NCBI GenBank assembly: GCA_963763095.1
Contig: CAVXNR010000003.1
Span: 815-64,814, forward strand
Direction of reading: 5' to 3'
Origin: Vicinamibacteria bacterium
Lineage (GTDB): Bacteria; Acidobacteriota; Vicinamibacteria; Vicinamibacterales; JAENWD01
DNA length: 64,000 nucleotides
Each line of letters opens with the position of its first letter. The first letter of the stretch is position 1. The notes beneath the pieces were generated by a model. The model was not told where the DNA came from. It ran no database searches and saw only the letters and a list, made by a program, of their open reading frames with translations. Position numbers and translations under genes: made by a program. This document shows positions 46,424-55,111 of this stretch, piece after piece.

Positions 46424-48190
46424 CTACACGGCCCGGGCAAAGATCACCGTTGCGCCTGCGCTGTCGAGGGCAGCCTGGAGCTGCCGATCGTGACGGCCCA
46501 GCACCACCATCACGACGTCTTCAGGCAGGACGCCGTCCCGCCGGAGATGTTCCGCGAGGTCGGGTCGGGGTGCGCCCTTTGTCAGAACGGCCAACACCGT
46601 CTGCGTCCCTGCGGAATGCCGCAAGGCCTTGGCTGCCAGCCACGCCCGCTGCACCGCCCTCTCGGAGGCGAGTGCGCGAGCGAGAGCGGCGACATCGAGC
46701 GCCGGATGCGAGCCGGGCGAAAACCTGTCGATCCCGGTGACCTCCGTCCGCTCCGCCGCAGCCATCCGGTTGTGCGTCGCCTGTCGGCTCTGCCGGACCT
46801 GGTACGGGTGTGCGTCCGCGAATCGGCCCTGGCCTTGCAGAAATTCGACGATCGCGCTGCAGCCGTCCTCGACGTGCATCGGGTCAGCCGCCATCGCCGC
46901 ATCGATGAGGGCCACACCTGCCGGGTCGTCGCGAAGCAGGAGCAGGCGGCCGGCCGCCAACCCTGCAGGCGCGTGCCCTTGTGCGGAAGCCGACCTGTAC
47001 AGGTCGAGCGCCTCCTGCTCGTGGCCGTCGCACTCCGTGAGGTCCGCACGTTCAAAGATCTGCTCAGGGGTAGGTGCCGGCACAGCGGCGAGCTGTGCCA
47101 GGCGCTGGCCGCGGTCGCGCAGCACCTGGTGCTCGCGCGTCCATCCGCTGCCAACGGCCGACTGCCAATCCTGATCGAGTGCAGCCGCGATCGGCCCCTT
47201 GTCGATCCCGAGAAACTGATCGGCCGCGGTGCATGCGGCTGGCGCCGGCATCTGCGCGGGCTGGCGGAGCGTCGCCAGCCGCTCCCGCAGGCTTGGATGC
47301 GTGTCGAACGGCGCTGTCTCGTCCTGAAGCGCCTCGGCCAGCAGGGATGCCGCGTCGTCGTGTTGTGCCCAGATCGCCGGTCCCATCTCCCCGTACGGCC
47401 GCGGCGGCTCAGGGTCGTTCCGAACGCGGTCGAACACGCGCGGCCAGAACGTCCGGTCCAGCATCCGTCCGCCGATGTCGATCGCGACGAGCGCCTGCGC
47501 AGCGGTGTCGGCGCCGGCCACCTGCGCGGCGAGCCGGTCCGCGAGCAGCTCCTGCCGCCGCGACACCGCCGCCGCCGCCAGCTGGAGCCGCGGGACGTAC
47601 CACCGGAACAGCAGGTGCGCGTAGACCGGGGTGGCGCCATCGCGATCCAGCGCATCCATCAGATGCACCCACGACGCCCGCGTACGATGAACCCAGGCGG
47701 CAAACCATCCATGCGCGTGCGTGATGTGCCCGAGCTCGTGCGCCAGCACGGCGCGCGCCTGTTCCGGCGTCAGCGTCGCCAGCAGCGGGTATCCGATCAA
47801 CAGCGTGTTTCTCGTCCAGAACGGCCCGAACCGCGGGCGCTGCAGCGCCGATGCGTTGAAGGCGCCGGTCACGAGCAGACGGTGCATCCGCGGAGCGCCG
47901 AGCCGCCTGCGGATGTCTTCGACAGCGGCGTGCAACGTGCCGGCGAGCGCCGGCGAAACAGCCACGCCCTTCGGCTCGGGAAAGACGATGCACAGCGCGC
48001 GGATGGCGCGGCCGGTGGTGAGCACCAGCGGTGCGCCGATCATCACCGCCAGCAGCCCGACGACGGGGCGGCGGTTGAACAGGCCCCACGCCAGAAATCC
48101 CAAGGCGCCGCAGAAGGTCCCCACGATGAGCGCGAGATGGAAATACCCCTCCAGGATGAGCCACATCAGCCATGCCTGTGATACCGGCAT
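46424..48190 (-). CDS. M48-family zinc metallopeptidase with large C-terminal helical domain
   Basis: Two N-terminal TM helices and the HELGHITHAHG zinc motif. Start chosen at MPVSQAWLMW. Confidence 0.8.
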   Translation of the reverse strand: MPVSQAWLMWLILEGYFHLALIVGTFCGALGFLAWGLFNRRPVVGLLAVMIGAPLVLTTGRAIRALCIVFPEPKGVAVSPALAGTLHAAVEDIRRRLGAPRMHRLLVTGAFNASALQRPRFGPFWTRNTLLIGYPLLATLTPEQARAVLAHELGHITHAHGWFAAWVHRTRASWVHLMDALDRDGATPVYAHLLFRWYVPRLQLAAAAVSRRQELLADRLAAQVAGADTAAQALVAIDIGGRMLDRTFWPRVFDRVRNDPEPPRPYGEMGPAIWAQHDDAASLLAEALQDETAPFDTHPSLRERLATLRQPAQMPAPAACTAADQFLGIDKGPIAAALDQDWQSAVGSGWTREHQVLRDRGQRLAQLAAVPAPTPEQIFERADLTECDGHEQEALDLYRSASAQGHAPAGLAAGRLLLLRDDPAGVALIDAAMAADPMHVEDGCSAIVEFLQGQGRFADAHPYQVRQSRQATHNRMAAAERTEVTGIDRFSPGSHPALDVAALARALASERAVQRAWLAAKALRHSAGTQTVLAVLTKGAPRPDLAEHLRRDGVLPEDVVMVVLGRHDRQLQAALDSAGATVIFARAV

Positions 48191-48221
48191 GGCGCCGGCA
48201 TCGACGTCCGCCTTCGGTGCC

Positions 48222-49544
48222 TCAGGCCGGCTCGTCACGTTCGGCGCTCCGCGAAGGGGTCGATTCCAGGCCGCGCAGGGCCTGCTCCCTGACGGAGGGC
48301 TCGGGCTCCAGGTCGAGTGCGTCACGATAGGCCTCGGCTGCCGCATCCGGCCGACCCATCGCGGCAAGGACGTCACCGCGGCTCACGTGGGCCAGGGCGA
48401 GTTCCGGGGCGAGTGCGACGGCCTGCTCGCAGTCGCGCAGCGCCTGGGCAAGATCACCCTTCCTCCAGAACGCGCAGCCGCGGCTCACGTGCGCACGGGC
48501 GTCATCGTGGTCGAGCCCGATCGCGCGACCGTAGTGCTCGATCGCACGATCCACGTTGCCCTGCCTGTCAAAGGCCATCCCCAGGGCACGTTGAATCTTG
48601 CCCAATCCCGGAGCCCGCTCGAGCGCCGATTCGAGTGACGCGATCGCCTCGATGATCGCGCCACGATCCAGAAGGTGCGTCCCACGATTGAGGTGCGGTT
48701 CCGGATCGTCCGGGCTGAGCGCCGATGCCTTGTCCCAGTCGGCGATGGCGCGCTCGGGTTCGTCCATCCTGGACCACGCAACACCTCGGAGAGTGTAGTA
48801 GTGCGCGTGATCCGGATCGACGGCAATCGCGCGGTCGAAGTAGGCGACCGCCTTCGGGGCGAAGTTCGGGTTGTGCAGATACAGCAGGCCCATCTGGCCC
48901 AACGCCTGCGCCTCGTCCCACACGCGTGCCAGCAGCGCGCCCATGGGGACGGCCAGCAGGCCGCCCGCCAGGGCACCGGTCATGGCCGCGCCCTGCAGAC
49001 TGTCCGCCATGCCCGGCATGTGGCGCAGCACGTAGGTCGCGAGCCCCGAGCCGAGAGGCGCCAGCGGAAGCGCGGTCATCATCCAGAGATCCTCGCGCCT
49101 CGTCACGCCTGGCGTAATCGCGCCGTACATCAGCCCGATGAATCCGCCGCACCCGAGGCTGATCGCATACGCCCAGAGGGCGGCGTCGACGCGAGCACCG
49201 AGCACTGCGGAGAACCCGAGCAGCACTGTCCAGAACATCGCGAGCCCCGCGAGCCAGCCGACAGCCCGTCCCAGGAGGCGAACCGTCAGCAGGTGCACGC
49301 CGCGGACGACCAGCGCACCAGCGACCAGATAGCCGACGAATGCCAGCGGCTGCCGGATGGCAGGGCTCAGCGTCACCCCACCGAATGCGCCGCCGAGGAT
49401 TCCGGCGAGTCCGATCCACGCGCCCGCCGCGGCTTTCGACCCACCGTACTGCAGCGTTGGCTCGATCGTCGCGGCCGTGTCAGCGACGCTCCGGTCGTCC
49501 ATGTAGAACGACAGGTCGTTCATCCACTCAGTCGGGTCTTTCAT
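48222..49544 (-). CDS. polytopic membrane protein with C-terminal TPR repeats
   Basis: Start MKDPTEWMNDLSFY. About 6 TM segments, then repeated A..YF..AI..DP TPR-like units. Confidence 0.75.
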   Translation of the reverse strand: MKDPTEWMNDLSFYMDDRSVADTAATIEPTLQYGGSKAAAGAWIGLAGILGGAFGGVTLSPAIRQPLAFVGYLVAGALVVRGVHLLTVRLLGRAVGWLAGLAMFWTVLLGFSAVLGARVDAALWAYAISLGCGGFIGLMYGAITPGVTRREDLWMMTALPLAPLGSGLATYVLRHMPGMADSLQGAAMTGALAGGLLAVPMGALLARVWDEAQALGQMGLLYLHNPNFAPKAVAYFDRAIAVDPDHAHYYTLRGVAWSRMDEPERAIADWDKASALSPDDPEPHLNRGTHLLDRGAIIEAIASLESALERAPGLGKIQRALGMAFDRQGNVDRAIEHYGRAIGLDHDDARAHVSRGCAFWRKGDLAQALRDCEQAVALAPELALAHVSRGDVLAAMGRPDAAAEAYRDALDLEPEPSVREQALRGLESTPSRSAERDEPA

Positions 49545-49879
49545 GGCGTGTTTCCGAATTTGCGACGGAGCCGTTGATAGTAGTTGCGCTCCTGGCGTTC
49601 CCGCGTGTGTGGGTCTTCCCCCTCGACGCGGTCCGGCGCGGTCGGAGAACTGGACTGTACGACCGTGATCGTAATCCGATCGCCCAGACCGAGCTCGCGC
49701 TCCAGCCACGACCAGTGCTGCCGGTCCGGCGCCGTGACCAGCCCACCGACCTGCAACTCCATTTGCGGCACCCCGCCCTCCCAGCGCATCACAGCCATCG
49801 CGGTCACAACAGCCAGCGAGTCGCCACCCGCCACGACCGCTGGTGCGCCGTTGAGAGATATCTCGAAGCAGAGACTCAT
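49541..49879 (-). CDS. hypothetical protein (112 aa)
   Basis: Start MSLCFEISLNGAP. Its stop overlaps the next ATG (ATGA), implying an operon with the TPR and M48 genes. Confidence 0.5.
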   Translation of the reverse strand: MSLCFEISLNGAPAVVAGGDSLAVVTAMAVMRWEGGVPQMELQVGGLVTAPDRQHWSWLERELGLGDRITITVVQSSSPTAPDRVEGEDPHTRERQERNYYQRLRRKFGNTP

Positions 49880-49967
49880 GGTCCGGTCCTCCGGATGATG
49901 GCCGGTAAGGCGGCTACGGGCTGCTGTCCAGACGTGTTGGCCCGACCAGGCAACGAACCCGTCCGTA

Positions 49968-50201
49968 TTGTGGCAGCTCGTCACCCTCTGCGGAACTCGC
50001 TTTGCGTGTGGAGGCGACGATGTTTCGCTCGGGTCGACAACATTCTGGACGTGGAAGCGCTGGCAGCAGCATCCCTGCAACGCCGCCAAGGGGGCCGTGC
50101 CCGAGTCGCCGCCCGTTCTCTGGAACGAGATCCTCCCCGCGTACGCCGAGGATCACGTGGGCCAATTCGAGGAGTGGAGACTCTCGCAGGTGAACCGCTG
50201 A
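49968..50201 (+). CDS. possible small hypothetical protein
   Basis: TTG ORF whose TGA overlaps the deacetylase ATG by 1 nt. No motif recognised. Confidence 0.25.
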   Translation: MWQLVTLCGTRFACGGDDVSLGSTTFWTWKRWQQHPCNAAKGAVPESPPVLWNEILPAYAEDHVGQFEEWRLSQVNR

Positions 50202-50947
50202 TGCCCTGGCTGGTCGTAGCGCTGCTGGGAGTGGCGATTCTGGCGCACACGGCGCCCTTCCCGTTCATCCTCGACTGGATGCACCCGGGCGTCGCGGTGT
50301 GGCGCATGCCGCGCGGCCGCACGCCGTCCGTGTATCTGACGTTCGATGACGGGCCGAATCCGGCAGCTACGCCGCAGCTGCTCGATGTGCTCCGCCGGCA
50401 CGACGTGCACGCCACCTTCTTCCTGATCGATCGTCATTTGACGGAAGGCACAGCGCCGATCGTTCGGCGGATGTTCGAAGAGGGACACGCCGTGGGGGTT
50501 CACTCGCACACCCGTCGTTTGATGATGATGCAGCCCGAAACGCTCGGAGCGGTGATCACCGCCGCCGCGGATCGCATTGAGCGGTTGACCGGGCATCGTC
50601 CCTGCTCCGCGTTCCGTCCGCATGCGGGCTGGCGGAGCTGGATGATGATGCGAGGACTCGGACGACGCGGCTTCCACCTGGTCGGGTGGGGCCTGCGCCT
50701 GTGGGATGCGGAGCTGTTCCGCTCGCGGACGGCGGAACGCCTTGTGCCACGGCTGGCCCGGCATGCCGGGGACGGGTCCATCATCGTCATGCACGACGGG
50801 CACCATGTCGATCCGGCGGCCGACCGCCGCTATGCCGTGGAGACCGTGGATCGCCTCATTCCGCGGCTCCGTGCCAAGGGCCTCGAGTTCGGCACCATAT
50901 GCGAACCGGAGCCTGGAGACGTCGAGGAGGCTGAACTCGCGAGGTAG
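50201..50947 (+). CDS. polysaccharide deacetylase (NodB-homology) family protein
   Basis: N-terminal TM, the YLTFDDGP motif, HSHTR and IIVMHDG. Confidence 0.85.
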   Translation: MPWLVVALLGVAILAHTAPFPFILDWMHPGVAVWRMPRGRTPSVYLTFDDGPNPAATPQLLDVLRRHDVHATFFLIDRHLTEGTAPIVRRMFEEGHAVGVHSHTRRLMMMQPETLGAVITAAADRIERLTGHRPCSAFRPHAGWRSWMMMRGLGRRGFHLVGWGLRLWDAELFRSRTAERLVPRLARHAGDGSIIVMHDGHHVDPAADRRYAVETVDRLIPRLRAKGLEFGTICEPEPGDVEEAELAR

Positions 50948-50983
50948 ACTGCGCGCGCGATTCTGAACCAGCGAGAGGGTCCT

Positions 50984-51154
50984 ATGAGCGTCCCGGCGAG
51001 TGCGCTGCTCCTGCTGCGGCTGATGCTGACGTTGATGGTCGTCGCGGCCGCCTGGCGATTCGGTCTGCGGGGCGTGCTGGCGGTGCTGCTGGCGGTTGTC
51101 GCGATCATCGCGCTGTCGAAGGCAGGCAGCCGGCGGCGGGACCTGGAGGACTGA
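50984..51154 (+). CDS. 56-aa membrane mini-protein (below track cutoff)
   Basis: MSVPASALLLLRLMLTLMVVAAAWRFGLRGVLAVLLAVVAIIALSKAGSRRRDLED; two hydrophobic helices. Confidence 0.4.
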   Translation: MSVPASALLLLRLMLTLMVVAAAWRFGLRGVLAVLLAVVAIIALSKAGSRRRDLED

Positions 51155-51334
51155 CGCGGCGATTGTACGCTGGAGGAGAACCCATTAGTGGCGTGTCTCG
51201 GCCGAAGGTGTAGCGTCCCGGTACTCTCGCTCGTCGCGCCTTGCCAGTCGGGCGCCCCGTTCCGAAATCCACTACTCCTTCAGCCGAGACCCGCGACTAG
51301 ACCCAGTGCTCGCTTCGGTGTCACCGCACCGTTG

Positions 51335-51402
51335 ATGTGGGGCAGGGCTTCAGCCCTGCAAATCGGCCTGCGCTCTAGCAGGCCTGAAGGCCTGCCCCAC
51401 AT
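51335..51402. repeat. REP-like composite palindrome
   Basis: 25-bp inverted arms ATGTGGGGCAGGGCTTCAGCCCTGC / GCAGGCCTGAAGGCCTGCCCCACAT (23/25). Each arm contains its own hairpin. Confidence 0.75.
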
Positions 51403-51424
51403 GACTACACAAGTGAATCGCGGT

Positions 51425-51952
51425 TTAGGACGTCGGCAATCGATCGCCGGACCTCGGTGCCGGCGGAGCCGGGGAGAGCGCGCAGCCGTGACGCGCACGC
51501 CGGTGCGCGACAGACTTGTACAGCGCTTGTCCGATCCATCTGACGCCCGGCACATACAGGATCGGCACGATTACCCAGGTGACCGGCAGTGCCCGGGCGA
51601 GCACGCGGTAGGCGTCGAACCCGCGTTCTCTGCGGCCATCGGGCCTCAGCACGTGCATCTCGTCGAGGCACGCGGCCTGCGACAGCATGGGGTACCGCCG
51701 CTCAACGGAGGGCCAGTCGCGCGCCGCATCGAGCACGTCGACTCGTCCGAGCACGTCGAGACGCTGCACGATGTCGACCGTGCGTCGGCACACCCCGCAA
51801 GTGCCGTCGTACAGCATGGCGTAGCGGCCGCGCGCCGGCCACGCATTCCGCAGGGCGGCGGCCACGGCCGTCCAGGGGATCCAGAAGGCGAACACGAGGA
51901 GGAAGCCGCCGAACGTCGGGCCCATCAGCACGCGGATGCCGACCAGCATCAT
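51425..51952 (-). CDS. DCC1-like thiol-disulfide oxidoreductase (DUF393)
   Basis: YDGTCGVCRRTVD motif after an N-terminal TM segment. Confidence 0.75.
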   Translation of the reverse strand: MMLVGIRVLMGPTFGGFLLVFAFWIPWTAVAAALRNAWPARGRYAMLYDGTCGVCRRTVDIVQRLDVLGRVDVLDAARDWPSVERRYPMLSQAACLDEMHVLRPDGRRERGFDAYRVLARALPVTWVIVPILYVPGVRWIGQALYKSVAHRRARHGCALSPAPPAPRSGDRLPTS

Positions 51953-52173
51953 GAACCTCCCACGATCCCCAGGGTCAGAAGCGTGCTCAGGCATTCCCCC
52001 GCACGATCCGTGCCTGCGCGTGTGACGCCCGGACGGGACGAGCGACTATACAGATGATGTATGGAACGTCCAGCCGAACAGTCCCCCGTCGCATTCTCAG
52101 GTATACCAGAGCGAACGGGATGGAAAAGCACCTAGCGGAGTGGTGATGGGGTTCGGACGTGGAGATGCGGTGC

Positions 52174-52482
52174 TTAGCTTCCCGCGTGCCCGTTGTTGCC
52201 GTTGCCGTGGTTCCCGTTGTTGCCGTTGCCGTGGTTCCCGTTGTTGCCGCTGTTCCCGTTTCCGCCGTTCCCGCCGCTCGCATTGCCAGCACCGCTCCTG
52301 CCGCCCGAGCCCTCTGTCGAGAGTTCAGTCGCGGTGGCCGAATACCTTGCGCTTACGACCGGCCCGAGCGATTGCACTGCTACGAGCGACCCGAGCGAGA
52401 CGATCGCCACCAGCAACGCATACTCGACGAGATCCTGCCCCAGGTCTTCCTGAATGAAGCGTCCGAACCCGCGCTGTGCCAT
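52174..52482 (-). CDS. flp: Flp-family type IVb pilin with long Gly/Asn-rich C-terminal extension
   Basis: Flp motif GQDLVEYALLVAIVSLGSLVAV. The tail GNGGNGNSGNNGNHGNGNNGNHGNGNNGH is encoded by a 24-bp tandem repeat (52191-52250). Confidence 0.8.
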   Translation of the reverse strand: MAQRGFGRFIQEDLGQDLVEYALLVAIVSLGSLVAVQSLGPVVSARYSATATELSTEGSGGRSGAGNASGGNGGNGNSGNNGNHGNGNNGNHGNGNNGHAGS

Positions 52483-52588
52483 GTGTGTCCGGCAATGTAC
52501 GCGGAACGGGCACGGGCGTGTAATGGTCCGGAGGTACTAGGACCAGGATGGTATGCGGCAAGCGGGACCGAACGCCCGAGACGAGCCA

Positions 52589-53761
52589 TCAGGCATATCT
52601 CAGCCACCAGTCAGTACGTTCCTCTTTGAACCGCGCGAACCAGCGGCATGGAACGTACATCAGCAGGACCACCGCGATCCAGCAGAGGTACACGCCCCAC
52701 AGCGGCACGCCGAACCACGGCGGAATCGATGCCGGGTCACTCACCACGGGGAACCGGCGCAGCTCGCCGGATTGCGCGAGCCCGAGCAGAATCGCCACGG
52801 CGTGGGCGACGTAGATGTGTCCGATGTAGTAGAAGAGCGGCACGCGCCCATACACCGACAACCAGCCCGCTAGGCGGCCGCGCAGCCCCTCGGCGTACGC
52901 GAGCCCGACCAGGATCGGCCCGAGCGTCATCAGCAGGAAGAGCAGCGATGGTGGGTACTTGTTCACGTTGAGAAACGCCGCGACCGTGAGGGCGGGCGTC
53001 CTCAGTGCCGACCATGGCGCTGGGTTCCCGTAGCCGTTCACCAGGCGAAGCGCGACGAACGAAGCCGTCGCCAGGGCGCCGCTCCACACCAGCACGCGGC
53101 GGCGACGCGCGGGCGTCCATTCGTAGATCGGCGCAAGCACATACCCGAGCGCCATGACGGCGAACCACGGGACCAGCGGATACCCGATGAACAGCGTTCC
53201 CGGGATGGCGAACCCTGGCACGTGAACAAAATGCCAGAGAGGCGCGAACCGGCCAAGCGCCTCCGGTGGTAGACCGTCGAGCAGGTTGTGCAACGCAATG
53301 GCAGCCAGGGACACGCTGGCGATCACCCCGCGCGGCGCGTGCACGAGAGCCGCCATCACGATCATCGACCATCCCAGCGCCCAGATGACGAGGGCGAACG
53401 CCGGCAGGAGATCGAAGCCGAACTGCCAGCCGATGGCACTGACGGTCAGGTCGAGGAACACGAGCCAGAGGCCGCGGGTCAGGAGCAAGCGGCTCATATG
53501 CGCGGAGCTCCTGCCGCGGCCCATGGAGATGCCAATCCCGACACCCGCGAGCAGGAAGAAGGCTGGAGCGCAGAAGTGCGTGACCCATCGCGTCGCGAAC
53601 AGCGCCACGCTCGCGCGGCTCAGATCCTCGGGACGGATCCTCACGTTGGTGACGTAGTCGCGCACGTGGTCGAGCGCCATGAGCACCATGACGGTTCCAC
53701 GCACGATGTCGACCGAATGCACGCGGCTCTCACGTCCGGTGCTTCTTGCCATAGGCGCCAA
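52589..53761 (-). CDS. DUF1624/heparan-alpha-glucosaminide N-acetyltransferase-like membrane protein
   Basis: SVDIVRGTVMVLMALDHVRDY N-terminal motif and about 10 TM segments. Confidence 0.75.
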   Translation of the reverse strand: MAPMARSTGRESRVHSVDIVRGTVMVLMALDHVRDYVTNVRIRPEDLSRASVALFATRWVTHFCAPAFFLLAGVGIGISMGRGRSSAHMSRLLLTRGLWLVFLDLTVSAIGWQFGFDLLPAFALVIWALGWSMIVMAALVHAPRGVIASVSLAAIALHNLLDGLPPEALGRFAPLWHFVHVPGFAIPGTLFIGYPLVPWFAVMALGYVLAPIYEWTPARRRRVLVWSGALATASFVALRLVNGYGNPAPWSALRTPALTVAAFLNVNKYPPSLLFLLMTLGPILVGLAYAEGLRGRLAGWLSVYGRVPLFYYIGHIYVAHAVAILLGLAQSGELRRFPVVSDPASIPPWFGVPLWGVYLCWIAVVLLMYVPCRWFARFKEERTDWWLRYA

Positions 53762-54278
53762 TTGTTAGAGCGCGCCTGGTGCTGCCGTCAAGGTGGCGCC
53801 GGTCCGGAGGCACCCGGACGCGCGTTCACGGAGCCCGCCTCTGCTCTCCATCCGACAACAGTCTGGATGCGCGCGGACTAGTGCGTCTGGTTGTGCCAAC
53901 AGCTGTTCATGCAGGCGCACAGTGACACAAGGCACATCACATGCTGTTGAGAGTGCTGCGGGGCAGCGCGGCGGTGGGTGTTCCGATCACGCCTGGTCGA
54001 CGTGCTCCATGCTCGGGCGGGCGTTCCGCGCGTGCCCTGCGCCACCATAATCGTCTGCACATGAGTGCCTGGCTCGGCTCTCCTCCAGCCGCGTCGGGCA
54101 CTCGCACTCTGCCGTTCGTCATTCATCCTCGATTCGACCGCGCTTGAACATCGCTCGCCACGCCCCGGAACGCGCGCGGCGGAGGTACTAGGACCTTCGG
54201 GTGATAGCGCGCCGATCGCTGAGGCCGTAACGTGCTGTCCAAGAGCCGCGCGGCATTCTCAGCGGGACGGCGGTCTGA

Positions 54279-54575
54279 ATGAGACACTTGAAGGATTTCG
54301 TCTGCATCAACTGCCGTGAGCATGCCGTTCGAGTCGTGTTGGCCCTGGAGCGCCACCTACACCTGCAATGTGATGGCTGCGGCGAACAGTCCTCGATATC
54401 AGAGCGCCGCGCCAGTGTTCGCGATCTCCAACTGTCTCAGCCGAACTCCCGCGCACGGCGCTCGAAGCCGCGGTATTCCGTCAGTGGCGGGGACCGCCGC
54501 TCGGCGATGCTCCACCGCAAGTCGCAGCGGCGGCACACGAGCCAGACCTTGCCGTCAACGACAGAGAAGCGCTGA
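54279..54575 (+). CDS. zinc-ribbon mini-protein (paralog P)
   Basis: C-x2-C-x18-C-x2-C followed by SISERR. The C-terminal ~50 codons are antisense to the paralog, so its real end is uncertain. Confidence 0.35.
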   Translation: MRHLKDFVCINCREHAVRVVLALERHLHLQCDGCGEQSSISERRASVRDLQLSQPNSRARRSKPRYSVSGGDRRSAMLHRKSQRRHTSQTLPSTTEKR

Positions 54576-54643
54576 ACTGCCGCAGATTCGCACGACGGGC
54601 AACGCTGTACGTCGTTCGCAGGGGGCGAATCAAGCTCGGACAT
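54437..54643 (-). CDS. zinc-ribbon mini-protein (paralog M)
   Basis: RCPSCESAAVQRFSVVDGKVWLVCRRCDLRWSIAERR has the same C-x2-C-x18-C-x2-C-x4-SI-x-ERR spacing. Confidence 0.45.
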   Translation of the reverse strand: MSELDSPPANDVQRCPSCESAAVQRFSVVDGKVWLVCRRCDLRWSIAERRSPPLTEYRGFERRAREFG

Positions 54644-54855
54644 CGATGATTCTCACTGTATCTTCCCGCTCCCGAACCCGTGTCCGTCGAGCAACTCCAC
54701 TGGTGTGTGGCCAGCCGAACACCGATGACTCACCACATGCCCACGCCAATTCAGCCGGGGCCACGCCGCACAGTGCCGGTGCTGAACCGCTACCGGGACA
54801 TGATGGACCTGATGCGGATGGTAATCGAAGATGAAGGGTTCGCCGCCGCGACCGC

Positions 54856-54981
54856 CCCAGAGTTCTCGACGAACACAACCAGCACGTCGAAGGCTTTCGG
54901 AGTCAGCCGAACCGGCCGTCCGTTCTTCAAGACCCGTATCACGTCTTCGCTATTCGCAAGGCTCTCGCCGACGCGGACAAC
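54856..54981 (-). pseudogene. fragment of an OmpR/CadC-type winged-helix DNA-binding domain
   Basis: VRVGESLANSEDVIRVLKNGRPVRLTPKAFDVLVVFVENSG. The expected continuation is absent in all frames. Confidence 0.35.
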
Positions 54982-55111
54982 GGGCGTTACATCCAGACCG
55001 TCCCGAGTCGACCCGGCCCCAGAATATCTCGGCCGTACCCGCCTCGGGATGATACATTCCGAGCGTCGCTTCCCGCTCTTCCTCTGACCGTGTCGTCGTG
55101 AATACAGGCAA

